Source: Octopus vulgaris (lineage: Eukaryota). Taken from it: 64,000 nt of DNA. The stretch lies in the NCBI GenBank assembly GCA_951406725.2, contig OX597839.1, positions 14,818,001 to 14,882,000 of the forward strand. The letters run 5' to 3'. This document shows, one piece after another, positions 1 through 10,112 of this stretch (position 1 is its first letter; each line of letters starts with the position of its first letter). The position numbers and the translations under genes were made by a program. Below the pieces are notes generated by a model, which did not search any database, had not been told where the DNA came from, and saw only the letters and a list, made by a program, of their open reading frames with translations.

Positions 1-99
1 GTAATCAGTGTATTCCAACGTAGTTTGAAATAAGACATGGACCTTTCATGATCTATCATTTAAGAACCACAAAAATAAAATTAGACCTATTGTTTCTAA

Positions 100-256
100 G
101 TACTTACCCAAAGCTCTCACAGTAGGACAGAATCTAAAACCATGCAGTTGGGAAGTGAACTTCTTAACATAACCATTCCCGAGGCTGTACATGTATAACA
201 TATATACATAGGTGCAGGTGTGGCTGTGTGGTAAGAAACTTGCTTCCTAACCACAT
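100..256. mobile_element. Two head-to-head fragments of a tRNA-derived octopus-type SINE (minus ~100-182, plus 211-256)
   Basis: 211-256 GGTGCAGGTGTGGCTGTGTGGTAAGAAACTTGCTTCCTAACCACAT matches the heads of longer copies at 18484 and 58386. 100-182 resembles the reverse complement of the same head. Confidence 0.6.
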
Positions 257-979
257 AGACAGGATTTCTACTTATGCTAAGTCCCCCAGGTTGATACCCC
301 TATCTATTTGCTTTGCATTGTTTTCTGTAATTGAATAACTTGGCTCTTGTACCAAGCCCTCAGGCTTACACTCCATACCTTTCACAGATATGTCAACCCT
401 ACTCCACTTAAACATAATCTGTTCTTCTGTATCTGCTCTCTCAGCTCCTAATCTAATTACAAACTGTACTGTCTCTTGATTTTACATATGAACATACATC
501 AGGACTACTTATAGGGTCAAGTCTATCAGGTTTACTAGCCATTACATATATGAATCAGCTACAATGCAATATTGCATTTTCTTAAGTTGTGTAGATATCA
601 TTCCCATGCTGGCTTCTCAAGAGGAGGCAGCATATATAGTGTTCAGCAATATTGACAAACACATTTTGAAATGAGCATGCCAAGATCACTAAATCTCTCT
701 CTCTCTTCCCTGGTTTGACTCAGAATCTCAGAAGGGATCTATTAATACCGTCTATAGGAAAACTGCCTAAAGCAATCTGCGCACTACAGATCAGTCCTAC
801 ATACCAAGGTTAAGGCTGCCTACACATGAAATAAAATATTTCATATGCATAAGAGTTGCAGTGAAGCAGGTGATAGTGAGCAATATCAAGAAGTTGTAAA
901 GAATGCTAATGGACACCAGCTACCCAGTATCCTTTGCCATGTGCTAGATCGATAATGGTTAGTACCAAGGCCACAGTAA

Positions 980-2020
980 GAAGGTTGTTCAAATTGTATT
1001 TGTTGCTAGAGGAACACATTCTGTATGCAGGCAAATAATGGGCTCCAAACAATCAGCATAATCATTGAGTTCTTGATGGAGAGATGCAGACTGTCCAACA
1101 TCTGCAATGCTATAGATTGAGTAGAGATGATGCTATTGACAAAAACAAAGTGCACACACAAAGTTTACAGAATGTGGCACCAACACTGAATAAGAACCAT
1201 GCAATCGGAGACCAACAGGCAAAAATCACCTGCTAGTGGAAGATTTGATTCATGCTTACTGACAAGTCAAAAATCTATGAGTTTGCTGCACTTCTGGACA
1301 GTGGATATAATGCATTACAAAAGATGGAAAACTTTGGGTATTGCAAAGTGTGTTCCTCCATAATTAACACCTGACTTGAAGGAGAGAAAGATGGAAGTCT
1401 AAAATCCTTTAGAAACATTTGAAGCTATTGAAGATGCATTTTATTGGAAAATGAAAGCTCTGTCTACAGAATGTCACACTCCTATTCCAAAGTTTAAGAA
1501 ATTAGAGAGCTAGTGATCAGCACAGAAAGTCATGACTGTTTAGGGGATAACAAGGACATCATTCTCCTTGGTTTCCTGGAAAATGGCTGTGCTGTGAACA
1601 GCAAGCGATATACTGAGATAAGCAAAAAGTTTAGAGAAGCCATTAAGAGAAAGAGGCTGAAAACAATTCAAATTCATTATAACAATGTGTGATAATACAT
1701 ATCTTTAGAAACAGATCAGGTGATTTGTAAATTAGGCTGGTTAGTGGTCCCCTATCTACTGTAGTCTGGATCTGGTGCCCTCCAACGCAGTCATCAGGGA
1801 TATTAAATTTGATGACACAGATGAAGTGAAAGTGGCTGTGATGATATGGCCACAAAAGTGCTTACATGAATTTTTTCAAGAAGTATTCAAGAGTTGCATT
1901 CAATGATTGCACAAATGCATCACTTGTGATGGAAACTGTAGAGTAGTATCTTTCGTATAAAGTTACTTTACCAACATTTGTAATTTGCATGACCAATGTG
2001 AGTTGCATTATACCCACCTT
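980..2020 (+). mobile_element. Decayed mariner transposon (transposase pseudogene)
   Basis: Broken-frame translation gives IIEFL, SAQKVMTV..DNKDIILLGFLENGCAVNSKRYTEISKKFREAIKRKR, KLGWLVVPY..SLDLVPSN (YSPDLAPSD-like) and IKFDDTDEVKVAV..HKCITCDGN. Many stops and frameshifts; TIRs not clearly resolved. Confidence 0.8.
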
Positions 2021-2363
2021 TGCTTTACTTTCATTTCAACCATAGCGTGTGTATGTATGTATATACATACAATAACACACAGGTGTTCTTCTGTTTGTAT
2101 AATAGATTGGCTTCAGATTGATGGGGATAAGTTTGTGATGATAATAAAAATTTTTTTAATTATTGGAATGGAAATAAAAATGGTTGTGTTTATGTGTATC
2201 ATCATCATCATCATCATTTAGCGTCCGCTTTCCATGCTAGCATGGGTTGGACGGGTCAACTGGGGTCTGTGAAGCTGGAAGGCTTCGTCAGGCCCAGTCA
2301 GATCTGGCAGTGTTTCTACGGCTGGATGCCCTTCCTAACGCCAACCACTCCGCGAGTGTAGTG

Positions 2364-2730
2364 GGTGTTTTTTACGTGCCACCTGCACAGGTGCCAGACA
2401 GAGCTGGCGAATGGCCACGAACGGATGGTGCTTTTACGTGTCACCGGCACGGGGCCAGGCGATGCTGGCAACGGACACGAACGGATGGTGCTTTTACGTG
2501 CCACCGACACGGGGCCAGACAGAGCTGGCAAACGGCCACGAACGGACGGTACTTTTACGTGTCACCGGCACGGGGCCAGGCGAGGCTGGCAACGAACACG
2601 AACGGATGGTGCTTTTACGTGCCACCGACACGGGGGCCAGGCAGAGCTGGCAGACGGCCACGAGCGAATGGTGCTTTTACGTATCACCGGCAAGGGTGCC
2701 AGACGAGGCTGACAGCGGACACGAACGGAT
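2364..2730 (-). repeat. Six ~60-63 bp tandem units in the RTE 3' UTR, alternating A/B types (~121-bp higher-order repeat)
   Basis: Units start at 2364, 2427, 2487, 2548, 2608 and 2670. Each reads approximately GGTGCTTTTACGTGYCACCG-CACGGGGCCAG..CTGGC..CACGAACGGAT on the + strand. Confidence 0.95.
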
Positions 2731-2779
2731 GGGTCACTTAACCCCTGCTTTCTGATATATGATTTGATTTTGATTGTTC

Positions 2780-3951
2780 TCACTGGTCTTGCCGGGTCTT
2801 CTCACGCACCGCATACTTCCATAGGTCTCGGTCTCTGGTCATTTCCTTGGTGAGACCTAGAGTTCGAAGGTCATGCTTCACCACCTCGACCCAGGTTTTC
2901 CTGGGTCTACCTCTTCCACAGGTCCCCTCAACTGCCAGGGTGTGGCACTTTTATCTTCATCCATTCTCACCACATGACCATACCAGCGCAATCGTCTCTC
3001 TTGCATACAACATCTGATGCCTATTAGGTCCAACTTTTCTCTCAAGGTACTTACACTCTGTCGATTATGAACACTGACATTACACATCCAACGGAGCATA
3101 CTAGCTTCATTTCTCGCGAGCTTACGCATGTCCTCAGCAGTCACGGCCCATGTTTCACTGCCATGTAGCATGGCTGTTCGTACACATGCATCATACAGTC
3201 TGCCTTTTACTCTGAGCGAGAGGCCTTTAGTCACCAACAGAGGTAAGAGCTCCCTAAACTTTGCCCAGGCTATTCTTACTCTAGCCGTTACACTTTCAGC
3301 ACACCCACCCCCACTACTGACTTGGTCACCAAGATAACGGAAGCTATCAACTACTTCTAGTTTTTCCCCCTGGAAAGTGACGGAAGTTGTTTTCTGCAGA
3401 TTTTCAGAGGTTAATGCTCCCGAGCATCTGCCACATACAAAAACCATCTTCCTAGTTAGCCTTCCTATGACATTGCTGCACCTCTTATGTGTCCATAGCT
3501 TACACTTGGCGCATCTTATAGAGTTTCTACCTACACCTTTTCTACAGATCGAGCAGGGCCATCTACCTGAAGGCGTTTGTGATTTGTCTACCTTCCTACT
3601 TATTACGACTTTGGTTTTAGCTAGGTTGACTCTAAGGCCCTTCGATTCTAAACCATGCTTCCACACCTGAAACTTCTTCTCCAGTTCTGATAATGACTCA
3701 GCAATTAGAGCAAGGTCATCAGCATAGAGGAGCTCCCAGGGGCATCTTGTCTTGAATTCCTCCGTTATTGCCTGGAGGACTATGATAAATAGGAGGAGGC
3801 TGAGGACTGAGCCTTGGTGGACCCCTACCTCCACCCGGAATTCTTCACTGTACTCATTGCCAACCCTCACCTTACTAGCAGCGTCCCTGTACATGGCTTG
3901 CACAGCTCTCACTAACCATTCATCTATTCCTAGTTTCCTCATTGACCACCA
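2780..3951 (-). pseudogene. RTE reverse transcriptase fragment (about subdomains 3/4-7, PHD finger and C-terminus), frameshifted near 2953
   Basis: RT-like sequence starts at WWSMRKLG. After MDED the expected KCHTLAVEGTCGRGRPRKTW...KTRQDQ* continues in another frame to the stop at 2780-2782. The copy at ~38125 has about 10 extra nt at this point, indicating a small deletion here. Confidence 0.88.
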
Positions 3952-4641
3952 ATGGCGATGGTGGTTATCGAAGACAGGGGCATATAGAAACATAGAGAGA
4001 GGGACAGGGTTAGTTGGGGAGGATGGGGGGGGGGGGAAGAAATGGTCAAGGAACACATGGGCGGAAGCTGTGCGATGGGTTCTGACTAGCATAGTGGAAC
4101 AAGACGAAAGTGTCGATAATATTTATTATTGATAATTAAGATAGTCTTGGAGAGAAAAAGGTAAAATCTAAAATCTGAGTTCGTCAGGAAGTCTTAACTG
4201 GACCCCAAACTAGCAAGAGGATTCTGTTAATCGTGATAGCAAGAAAGTAGGTTTGAAAGTATCAGAGAAGTCAAATTTTAGGGGAGACGATGAGTGGCTA
4301 TGAAACGGGAACAAATAGGGAGACGAGACAAAACTAAACGAAAAACATTACATGAATGGTATGTTGAAAACTAAAAGAAAATATGAATAGAGGGTACTGA
4401 AGGAAAATATGAGAGAAAGATTTAAGGAAACTGAAAGAATAGTGATTATACGTGCAGAGGGTAGTAGAAAGCGAAGTTGAAAGAAGAAATCTTAACTTTT
4501 AGCCGTTCATGAGCTGTGCATTCGTAGTGGAGTTGAAAGCGAGTGGGCTATATTTATATAACAAAGTTGAGTTGTGGGGTATCGCACGAGTGGAATTATA
4601 TACGAAAGAAGGTTTGAAAATGCAATTTAAAAGATGTTTAT

Positions 4642-4686
4642 TTACTTAACCGGTTTCACTCTTTGGAAAAAGATTGTCAAAAGTAA
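4642..4686 (-). ncRNA. Mirror copy of the minimal hammerhead motif
   Basis: Exact reverse complement of 4691-4735 within the palindrome. Confidence 0.65.
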
Positions 4687-4690
4687 CATG

Positions 4691-4735
4691 TTACTTTTGA
4701 CAATCTTTTTCCAAAGAGTGAAACCGGTTAAGTAA
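4691..4735 (+). ncRNA. Minimal type-I hammerhead ribozyme motif, U3-A8 variant
   Basis: Stem I TTACTT (4691-96) pairs with AAGTAA (4730-35). Core TTGACAA (4697-4703), stem II CTTTT-tcca-AAGAG, GAAA (4720-23), palindromic ACCGGT stem III, GUU cleavage triplet, AATAAA at 4735-40. Confidence 0.65.
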
Positions 4736-4829
4736 ATAAACATCTTTTAAATTGCATTTTCAAACCTTCTTTCGTATACATATATTTATATATATATATA
4801 CACACACGTATATATGCATGCCTGGATGT

Positions 4830-5400
4830 AGAAATACTTGGGTTGGTGTCTAAAGACCCAATGGGAATGAGGCACCAGGTCTTTGTCAAGGCATCCTTCT
4901 AGGAGAAAGCTAATTCATATATAAAATCTGCTGCTCCACTGAATCAGACATCTTGCACTTTGCTTGTCACTAGGATTCTTGGTACTGCTAGTGAGAGTTA
5001 CTGTGGTGTTATGCAATCCACACTCAACTTAAGACATTTGCACGGGCATTGCTGATACATCTCTGAGCAATGAGTAGATGGACAATCACACAATATGAGT
5101 ATATAATACAAGCAAGAACCTTTTGATAAATTCAGTCCTACAAGAATGAAATACAATGCAGAACAAGACCATAAAATATAAAAGATTCACAGACAAGCAT
5201 ACATATTTCCATTATCAGCTGCCAAGTAGATATTATTATGGTTTTGACACAAGGGTATTTCCTTTCAGTCCAGTGGTGTAGCAGGAGCAAAACATTAGCA
5301 TATGTCTATCACATCAACATCTGATATTATAATAAAAACTAACTTCAACTCTTAAACATAAATCGTATCATGCCTATAGCTAACGAAGTAGAAAAATTAA
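4830..5400 (+). mobile_element. Possible very old RTE 5' UTR/endonuclease remnant
   Basis: 4841-4930 (GGTTGGTGTC..TGAGGCACC..TTTGTCAAGGCAT..CTAGG..ATATAAA) resembles 13107-13200, which lies upstream of the RTE at 13780. Confidence 0.35.
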
Positions 5401-6354
5401 AAAATACTAAAATGCTATGTATAAAACAACTATTTCCCAAAAGCAAGTTACTACCTCAAACAGTATAGAACTCTGAGGAGGTTTGAAATGAAATAACTCA
5501 TGAGATGAGGGAACATGTAAAATGAAAGTATTTTTTCTCTTGGTACAACAAATCCTAATGGTGACATATAACATGGAGCATGCATTGACAGCTAATTTTT
5601 ACTGTTATAGAGTCTCAGAATTGTTGGAGCTGAACTGATACATCCATGTTTTTGTAATAATCAGTTCTTTGTGGCAAGCAGCCTGTTTTCCATCAGAGCA
5701 ATGAACAGCAAAAGAACAAATGTTGTCTACCCAAGAGCCCTTTCTGAATAAAACACATTACTGTTTGAATTGCTTGCTTTGTATGCTGCATTAATTTAGA
5801 ATTACAAGAAAAAAAGCTTTACACATCATAGAAACCTGGAAAAATTCAACTTTAGATATATATGACAAAAATATGTGCTAATATAATTAGAACTTCATAA
5901 AAACCTGCCATATGTTAAGTCACTAAGCAGAAAAATAAAATAAATTGTTTCTACATATTCGTGTTTCTTCATTGAATAGATTAAAGAACAAACAAAATGT
6001 TTCATTGCTAAGTTCTTTCTTTTCAATCAACAAATTGTGGATATGTTTTTGAAAATTTGGAATGGAAATTAGCACCTCATCCCACTGTATAAATTTGAAT
6101 ATCATATAGATGCATCAGAGTATAATAATACTGTGATAAGACATTACATAGCTATGTATGAGTGTTGTGTTCAGGGAAGTGCTTAGCATGGATTGCCCTA
6201 TGCAATATTGAATGAATAAATGAATACAAAATTGTGGATAACACATAGTTTCTTATATTATTTGTAATAATACACTATATAACAGGCCACTGTTTATTAC
6301 AGCAATTATGCAAGAAATGTTCTGCTTTGTCATATATTTACAGACACTTTGTGG

Positions 6355-6520
6355 AAGAACCATTAACTTTTCAAGTCCCATGGTAATAACCAACTTTAAA
6401 GAGCTAGTTTATTTTCTGATTTTATAGACTTTTTCTGAAAGAACCATTAACTTCTCAAGTCCCATGGTAATATCTAATTTTAAAGAGCCAAATCATTTCT
6501 AATGATTTTATGGAAATTTT
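6355..6520. repeat. Diverged tandem duplication, ~84-bp unit x2
   Basis: AAGAACCATTAACTT(T/C)TCAAGTCCCATGGTAATA...TTTAAAGAGC occurs at ~6355 and ~6439. Confidence 0.9.
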
Positions 6521-7029
6521 AGTTTTTGTCTTTGATGAATTCCAGGCAAGTAATAGAAAACAGAAAATGTCAGTAATAGTCTAAGCATAAAACTTTTCTC
6601 AAGAAATAGATTCCAGCTACATTCTCTGATATTCAAATGGAATATTGCAGTTTTTACACTTAGCTGCTTAAGATTGTTTCATTACATTTAAAATATTACT
6701 TTGAGATTGGCTCATCATTGGATCACATATAAGATTTTTTAGTGATATTGCAGATGTTTATTCAGAAATTTTAGAAAAGAACATAGTGAATGAAATAGAC
6801 TTGTACAAAGACCAGGCTTCATTAATACAAAGTAATAAAACTTTTTACTTTTACACTCTTCCCATTATTTTCTCTAATTGTATTTGAGTAGAGTATCTAT
6901 TTACTGCTAAGTGAGCTGAGTATACAATGCCAGTAACTTATATACCATCTCTTATAAACTCAGGAATGATGAAAGATAAAATTCACTTCTCACAGGATTA
7001 GAACTAGATATAACTAAATACCAAAAAGC

Positions 7030-7910
7030 TGTTGACTGTCATAATGATATAGATTTTTTTTTCTTTTTTTTTTTGTTCCACTATTTCAGACACATTTACA
7101 TTTTGTGAAAGTTTTGATGGGAATTTTCTACCAATATTCCTTATGCTGATAACAGAAATATTTCCTACATTTATCCTAGGGCTGTTATGAGAAGTGTCGT
7201 TGTTGCTAAAACAATGTCATCTTAGTAAATAAGGTATTTTTATTGAGATCTACTACCAGTGATCAAGATTTCTTTTCAAGGTGTAGATATGTCTCTGATT
7301 CTGATGTGCCTTTTATGTGACCATCTTAGGATAATCCTTTCTGTGAAAAGCATTCTAGATAGTTTTGACAACATTACATCTCACAAGAATTTACAACTGC
7401 AGAAATATCTGGGCAGCTGCTACTGATATAGATATCTCACCCTGCTATGATACTACCAATATTTTCTATTACAAAGTGAAAGTTAGGAGGTATCCATATA
7501 TCTTTTTCGGACAAAGTATTTAGTAGCTATCCCCAATTCTTGAACAGCAAAAATGCATCCTCAGTGGGATTTGATATATCTGTTTCAGATTCAGTATACT
7601 TTTCCAGTCAATATTGTTAGTATCTTCTAGCTTGTAGAGTATGTACCCATGTTGCTTATATGTTTCTCCCTCAAGTTTATGTTTAAATACATTAGTCCAG
7701 TTACTTATGGTACACTTGGAGTACAATTTCAAAAGTTCTCCACCTACTTACACGATATCTCTACAGTTGAATACATGTGATGTACTAATTTTCCTGTTAC
7801 TGTTAACAGTTGCTAAATGGTATGATATGGTACTCAAAAGTCATTTAGACTGACTTTGTCTTTGTCTCCATTCCTCCATCTAACATAGATCCTGTCAGTA
7901 GTCTTGACGT
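7030..7910 (-). mobile_element. Decayed REL-endonuclease non-LTR retrotransposon fragment (R4/Dong-like), copy 1
   Basis: Broken-frame translation gives DRIYVR..G, KQHGY, FAVQE..IATKY, a zinc-knuckle-like ISSSCP region and EYW.KIPIKTFTKCK..EIV. This is the post-RT to REL region of R4-like ORFs. Confidence 0.7.
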
Positions 7911-7939
7911 TCATGTATGATTATGTGTATGTAGGTAAA

Positions 7940-9098
7940 TGTGTATATGTGAATTTTTTTAATTGTTTGAATTCTGGAATCCTACCTATAAAGAAATAGC
8001 TGGTTTGTAGTGAAGCTGCAATGCTTCATTACAGGAATTTAGAGAGTAGTGGTGAAGAGTTACATGTTGAACTTTGAGAAAAGTTTTGCATTATTTTCGT
8101 TCACTTAGACATTATTGGCAAAATGCATGTTAGCTGGGCATTTTCTTTGCCTAAAAATCCCAACCTTTCAAGTTTATAACATTTTCTAACATAGTGAAAT
8201 GCATCAATAATTTATGTACATGAATTGATAATCTGTATAGAGAAGTTGTAATCTTTGAAGTAGTAGTTCATAAATATTTACATTATGAACTGGTCGGAAA
8301 TATTTACATCTGCAGTGTAGCTGATCACCATAATTGGGCATAAGTTTTCTTTTCTGTACCAGTCTACTTCCAATGAATGTTTACATTCATTGGAAGTATT
8401 TTTTTAATATTTATTCTAGTGTAGTCATAGCTATGAATGGCATCATTATTAGCAACAATATCATGCTAAATAGAAAGGTAATACCTTAATGTTATTTTCG
8501 GGCTGCTGTGGATCACTGTATCATCTTCTATAGAAATGAGATATCAACATTTTTGGTTGCATCATAAGGTTTTTAGCAGTTAATTACCTTTTTTTTTGTT
8601 TGTTTACTAGGTGTTTTGTAGCTATTTTTTATTTTGGGTTTGTCAAAGGATAACTTTAGAATTACAAGTTGTAACCATGACAAGTCTGAGAGATGCTACA
8701 CTTCCTGTCAGTGTTAGTTCGCATTCTCAAATTTATGAGAAAACTACCCTTTCATAACCCTTTTTGTTTGCTGAGAATTTCTCATCTAGGACTTTGAGAT
8801 AGGCTACTTTAATAAAAGATTATTGGGAAGAGTCCACTCTCAATTTACATGCTGGCGTTTTCCTCACTTTTGTGAACTTGGTTGATAGTTTTGCAACAGA
8901 TGCTGTCAGTGATACCATATGACACTCAAAGGCTATCTGGATTGATCTTAAACCTCTCCCCACTTCTTATCATTTGAGATAGAACCTTTCAGTGTTACTG
9001 TTTCTGGGTAAAATTCCAATTGATGTGAAGATTTTAAAGGTTTTCATATCTATGAAAAAGATTCCTTCTATAAATATCAGTCAATGCTATATTTGTTG
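7940..9098 (-). mobile_element. Decayed REL-endonuclease non-LTR retrotransposon fragment (R4/Dong-like), copy 2, with C-terminus and 3' UTR
   Basis: Translation gives NTERFYL..GRGLRSIQIAFE, ISYTADVNIS..NIYELLLQRLQLLYTDYQF and LERLGF..KTFLKFNM*. Flanked by 29-bp imperfect direct repeats (7911-7939 and 9099-9127). Confidence 0.78.
8365..8398. repeat. Perfect 16-bp inverted repeat with 2-nt spacer
   Basis: TACTTCCAATGAATGT-TT-ACATTCATTGGAAGTA. Confidence 0.95.
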
Positions 9099-9409
9099 TC
9101 ATGTATGTCAATGTGTATGTAGGTAAAAAAAAAAGAGGTTCTAAAGTAAGTTTTAGATAGAGGATTCAGAAATGACTAAAATTTATTTTGCAGAGATTGA
9201 TATTATGATGGCTGTGCACTAGGACAAATATTATTCTCACTTATCTGTGAGTTATACATGTAACTGAAAAAAAGGTTTATAATTTGAGACAAGGCTTGAT
9301 GCTAACCTGTTGCTTACATGTTCAAGTTAAGATTAATAAGAAAAATATTTACTGACAGTTGTACCCTTGTTTCCCATGAACTTGGTAGTGCAGTTATAAA
9401 GTTTAGCTT

Positions 9410-9680
9410 AAATATTAAGCACCAGATGACTGCCATTCTCTCTCTCAGCCAGGCTGACACAAGCTAGTTGATACAACCTAAGCCCATCATCATTGAAGAG
9501 CAGACAGTAAAAAAGGCAAGTTGCTTTACCTATTTGAATAGTGCAATCAATAAGAATGGTAATTTCAGTGACACATTAGATCTGCAGGGTGAACAAGATC
9601 AACATAGTATTCAGGTTGAGAGAACAACTGAAACATGAATGTTATGGCCTAAGTGAAGTGCAAAGTAAAGAGTAAGGGAA
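9410..9680 (+). mobile_element. Short decayed RTE-like RT fragment
   Basis: PIIIEEQTVKKASCFTYLNSAINKNG resembles RT subdomain 7 (V..FtYLGS.i..dG). Confidence 0.55.
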
Positions 9681-9954
9681 GTATCAATAGACAGCCAATG
9701 TGTGTGTGTGTGTGTGTATAAATGTGCATCTGCTTACTCGATAGAATTTTTATTATATAATGTAAGGAAGATGAGCAGTACTCTATGACTTTTCAAGGTT
9801 CCTGAGTCTAGAAGCAAGAAAGATATTAGCCTTCCTCTTGAGAATTGACTTGCATGCTTGCAATAGAGCATGGACTCTACTAAAGGTACTTATGAGCCAT
9901 GTGGTGGTTGTATTACACTGGTCGATGGATTGTATACCACCACAGAAGAATACT

Positions 9955-10112
9955 TATGATGGGCTTCCACACAGTTTCTATCTACCAGCTCTCACATGGT
10001 TTTCATCAACTTGAAGTTATAATAGAAGATATTATCCAGGAAGTCATACAGTAGGATTAAACTTGATACTCTGAAGTCACAAAGTGAAGTTTTTAACCAC
10101 ATGGCCTTGCTT
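9955..10112 (-). mobile_element. tRNA-derived SINE (family A)
   Basis: GATGGGCTTCCACACAGTTTCTATCTACC...TTAACCACATGGCC is the reverse complement of the 58386 copy head. Confidence 0.75.

Larger units (their letters stand above)
2198..3951 (-). mobile_element. Young 5'-truncated RTE-clade LINE: C-terminal half of RT with an internal PHD finger, 3' UTR with tandem array, (ATG)n tail
   Basis: ORF 2878..4092 contains GVHQGSVLS, LLYADDLAL, GLRVNLAKTK, FRYLG, MLHGSETW and RLRWYGHV. The 3' end reads CCGTCCAACCCATGCTAGCATGGAAAGCGGACGCTAAATGATGATG. CpGs are retained. Confidence 0.95.
3952..4778 (-). mobile_element. Probable Penelope-like element terminal (pLTR) fragment with inverted end
   Basis: CpG-intact segment, pyrimidine-rich on the minus strand, ending in a perfect palindrome. 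The palindrome carries a minimal hammerhead motif followed by AATAAA, an architecture typical of PLE pLTRs. No PLE ORF is visible. Confidence 0.6.
4599..4778. repeat. Perfect 180-bp palindrome (90-bp arms, no spacer, centre 4688/4689)
   Basis: TATACGAAAGAAGG...AAGTAACA|TGTTACTT...CCTTCTTTCGTATA; read by eye as reverse-complementary throughout. Confidence 0.97.

Noticed and set aside
2364-2730. CRISPR-like array next to a reverse transcriptase
   Set aside because: Whole units are homologous with no unique spacers, there are no cas genes, and the context is a eukaryotic LINE 3' UTR.
2247-2783. Overlapping ORFs of 71-164 aa with repeated peptides
   Set aside because: By-products of the GC-rich 3' UTR tandem array; no coding signature.
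2878-4092. 404-aa ORF as an intact functional RT gene
   Set aside because: It lacks the endonuclease and RT N-terminal subdomains, its N-terminus is foreign sequence and its C-terminus is frameshifted.
9194-9246. Exon-like segment (TTTTGCAG ... GTGAGT)
   Set aside because: Stops in all three frames and no supporting neighbours.
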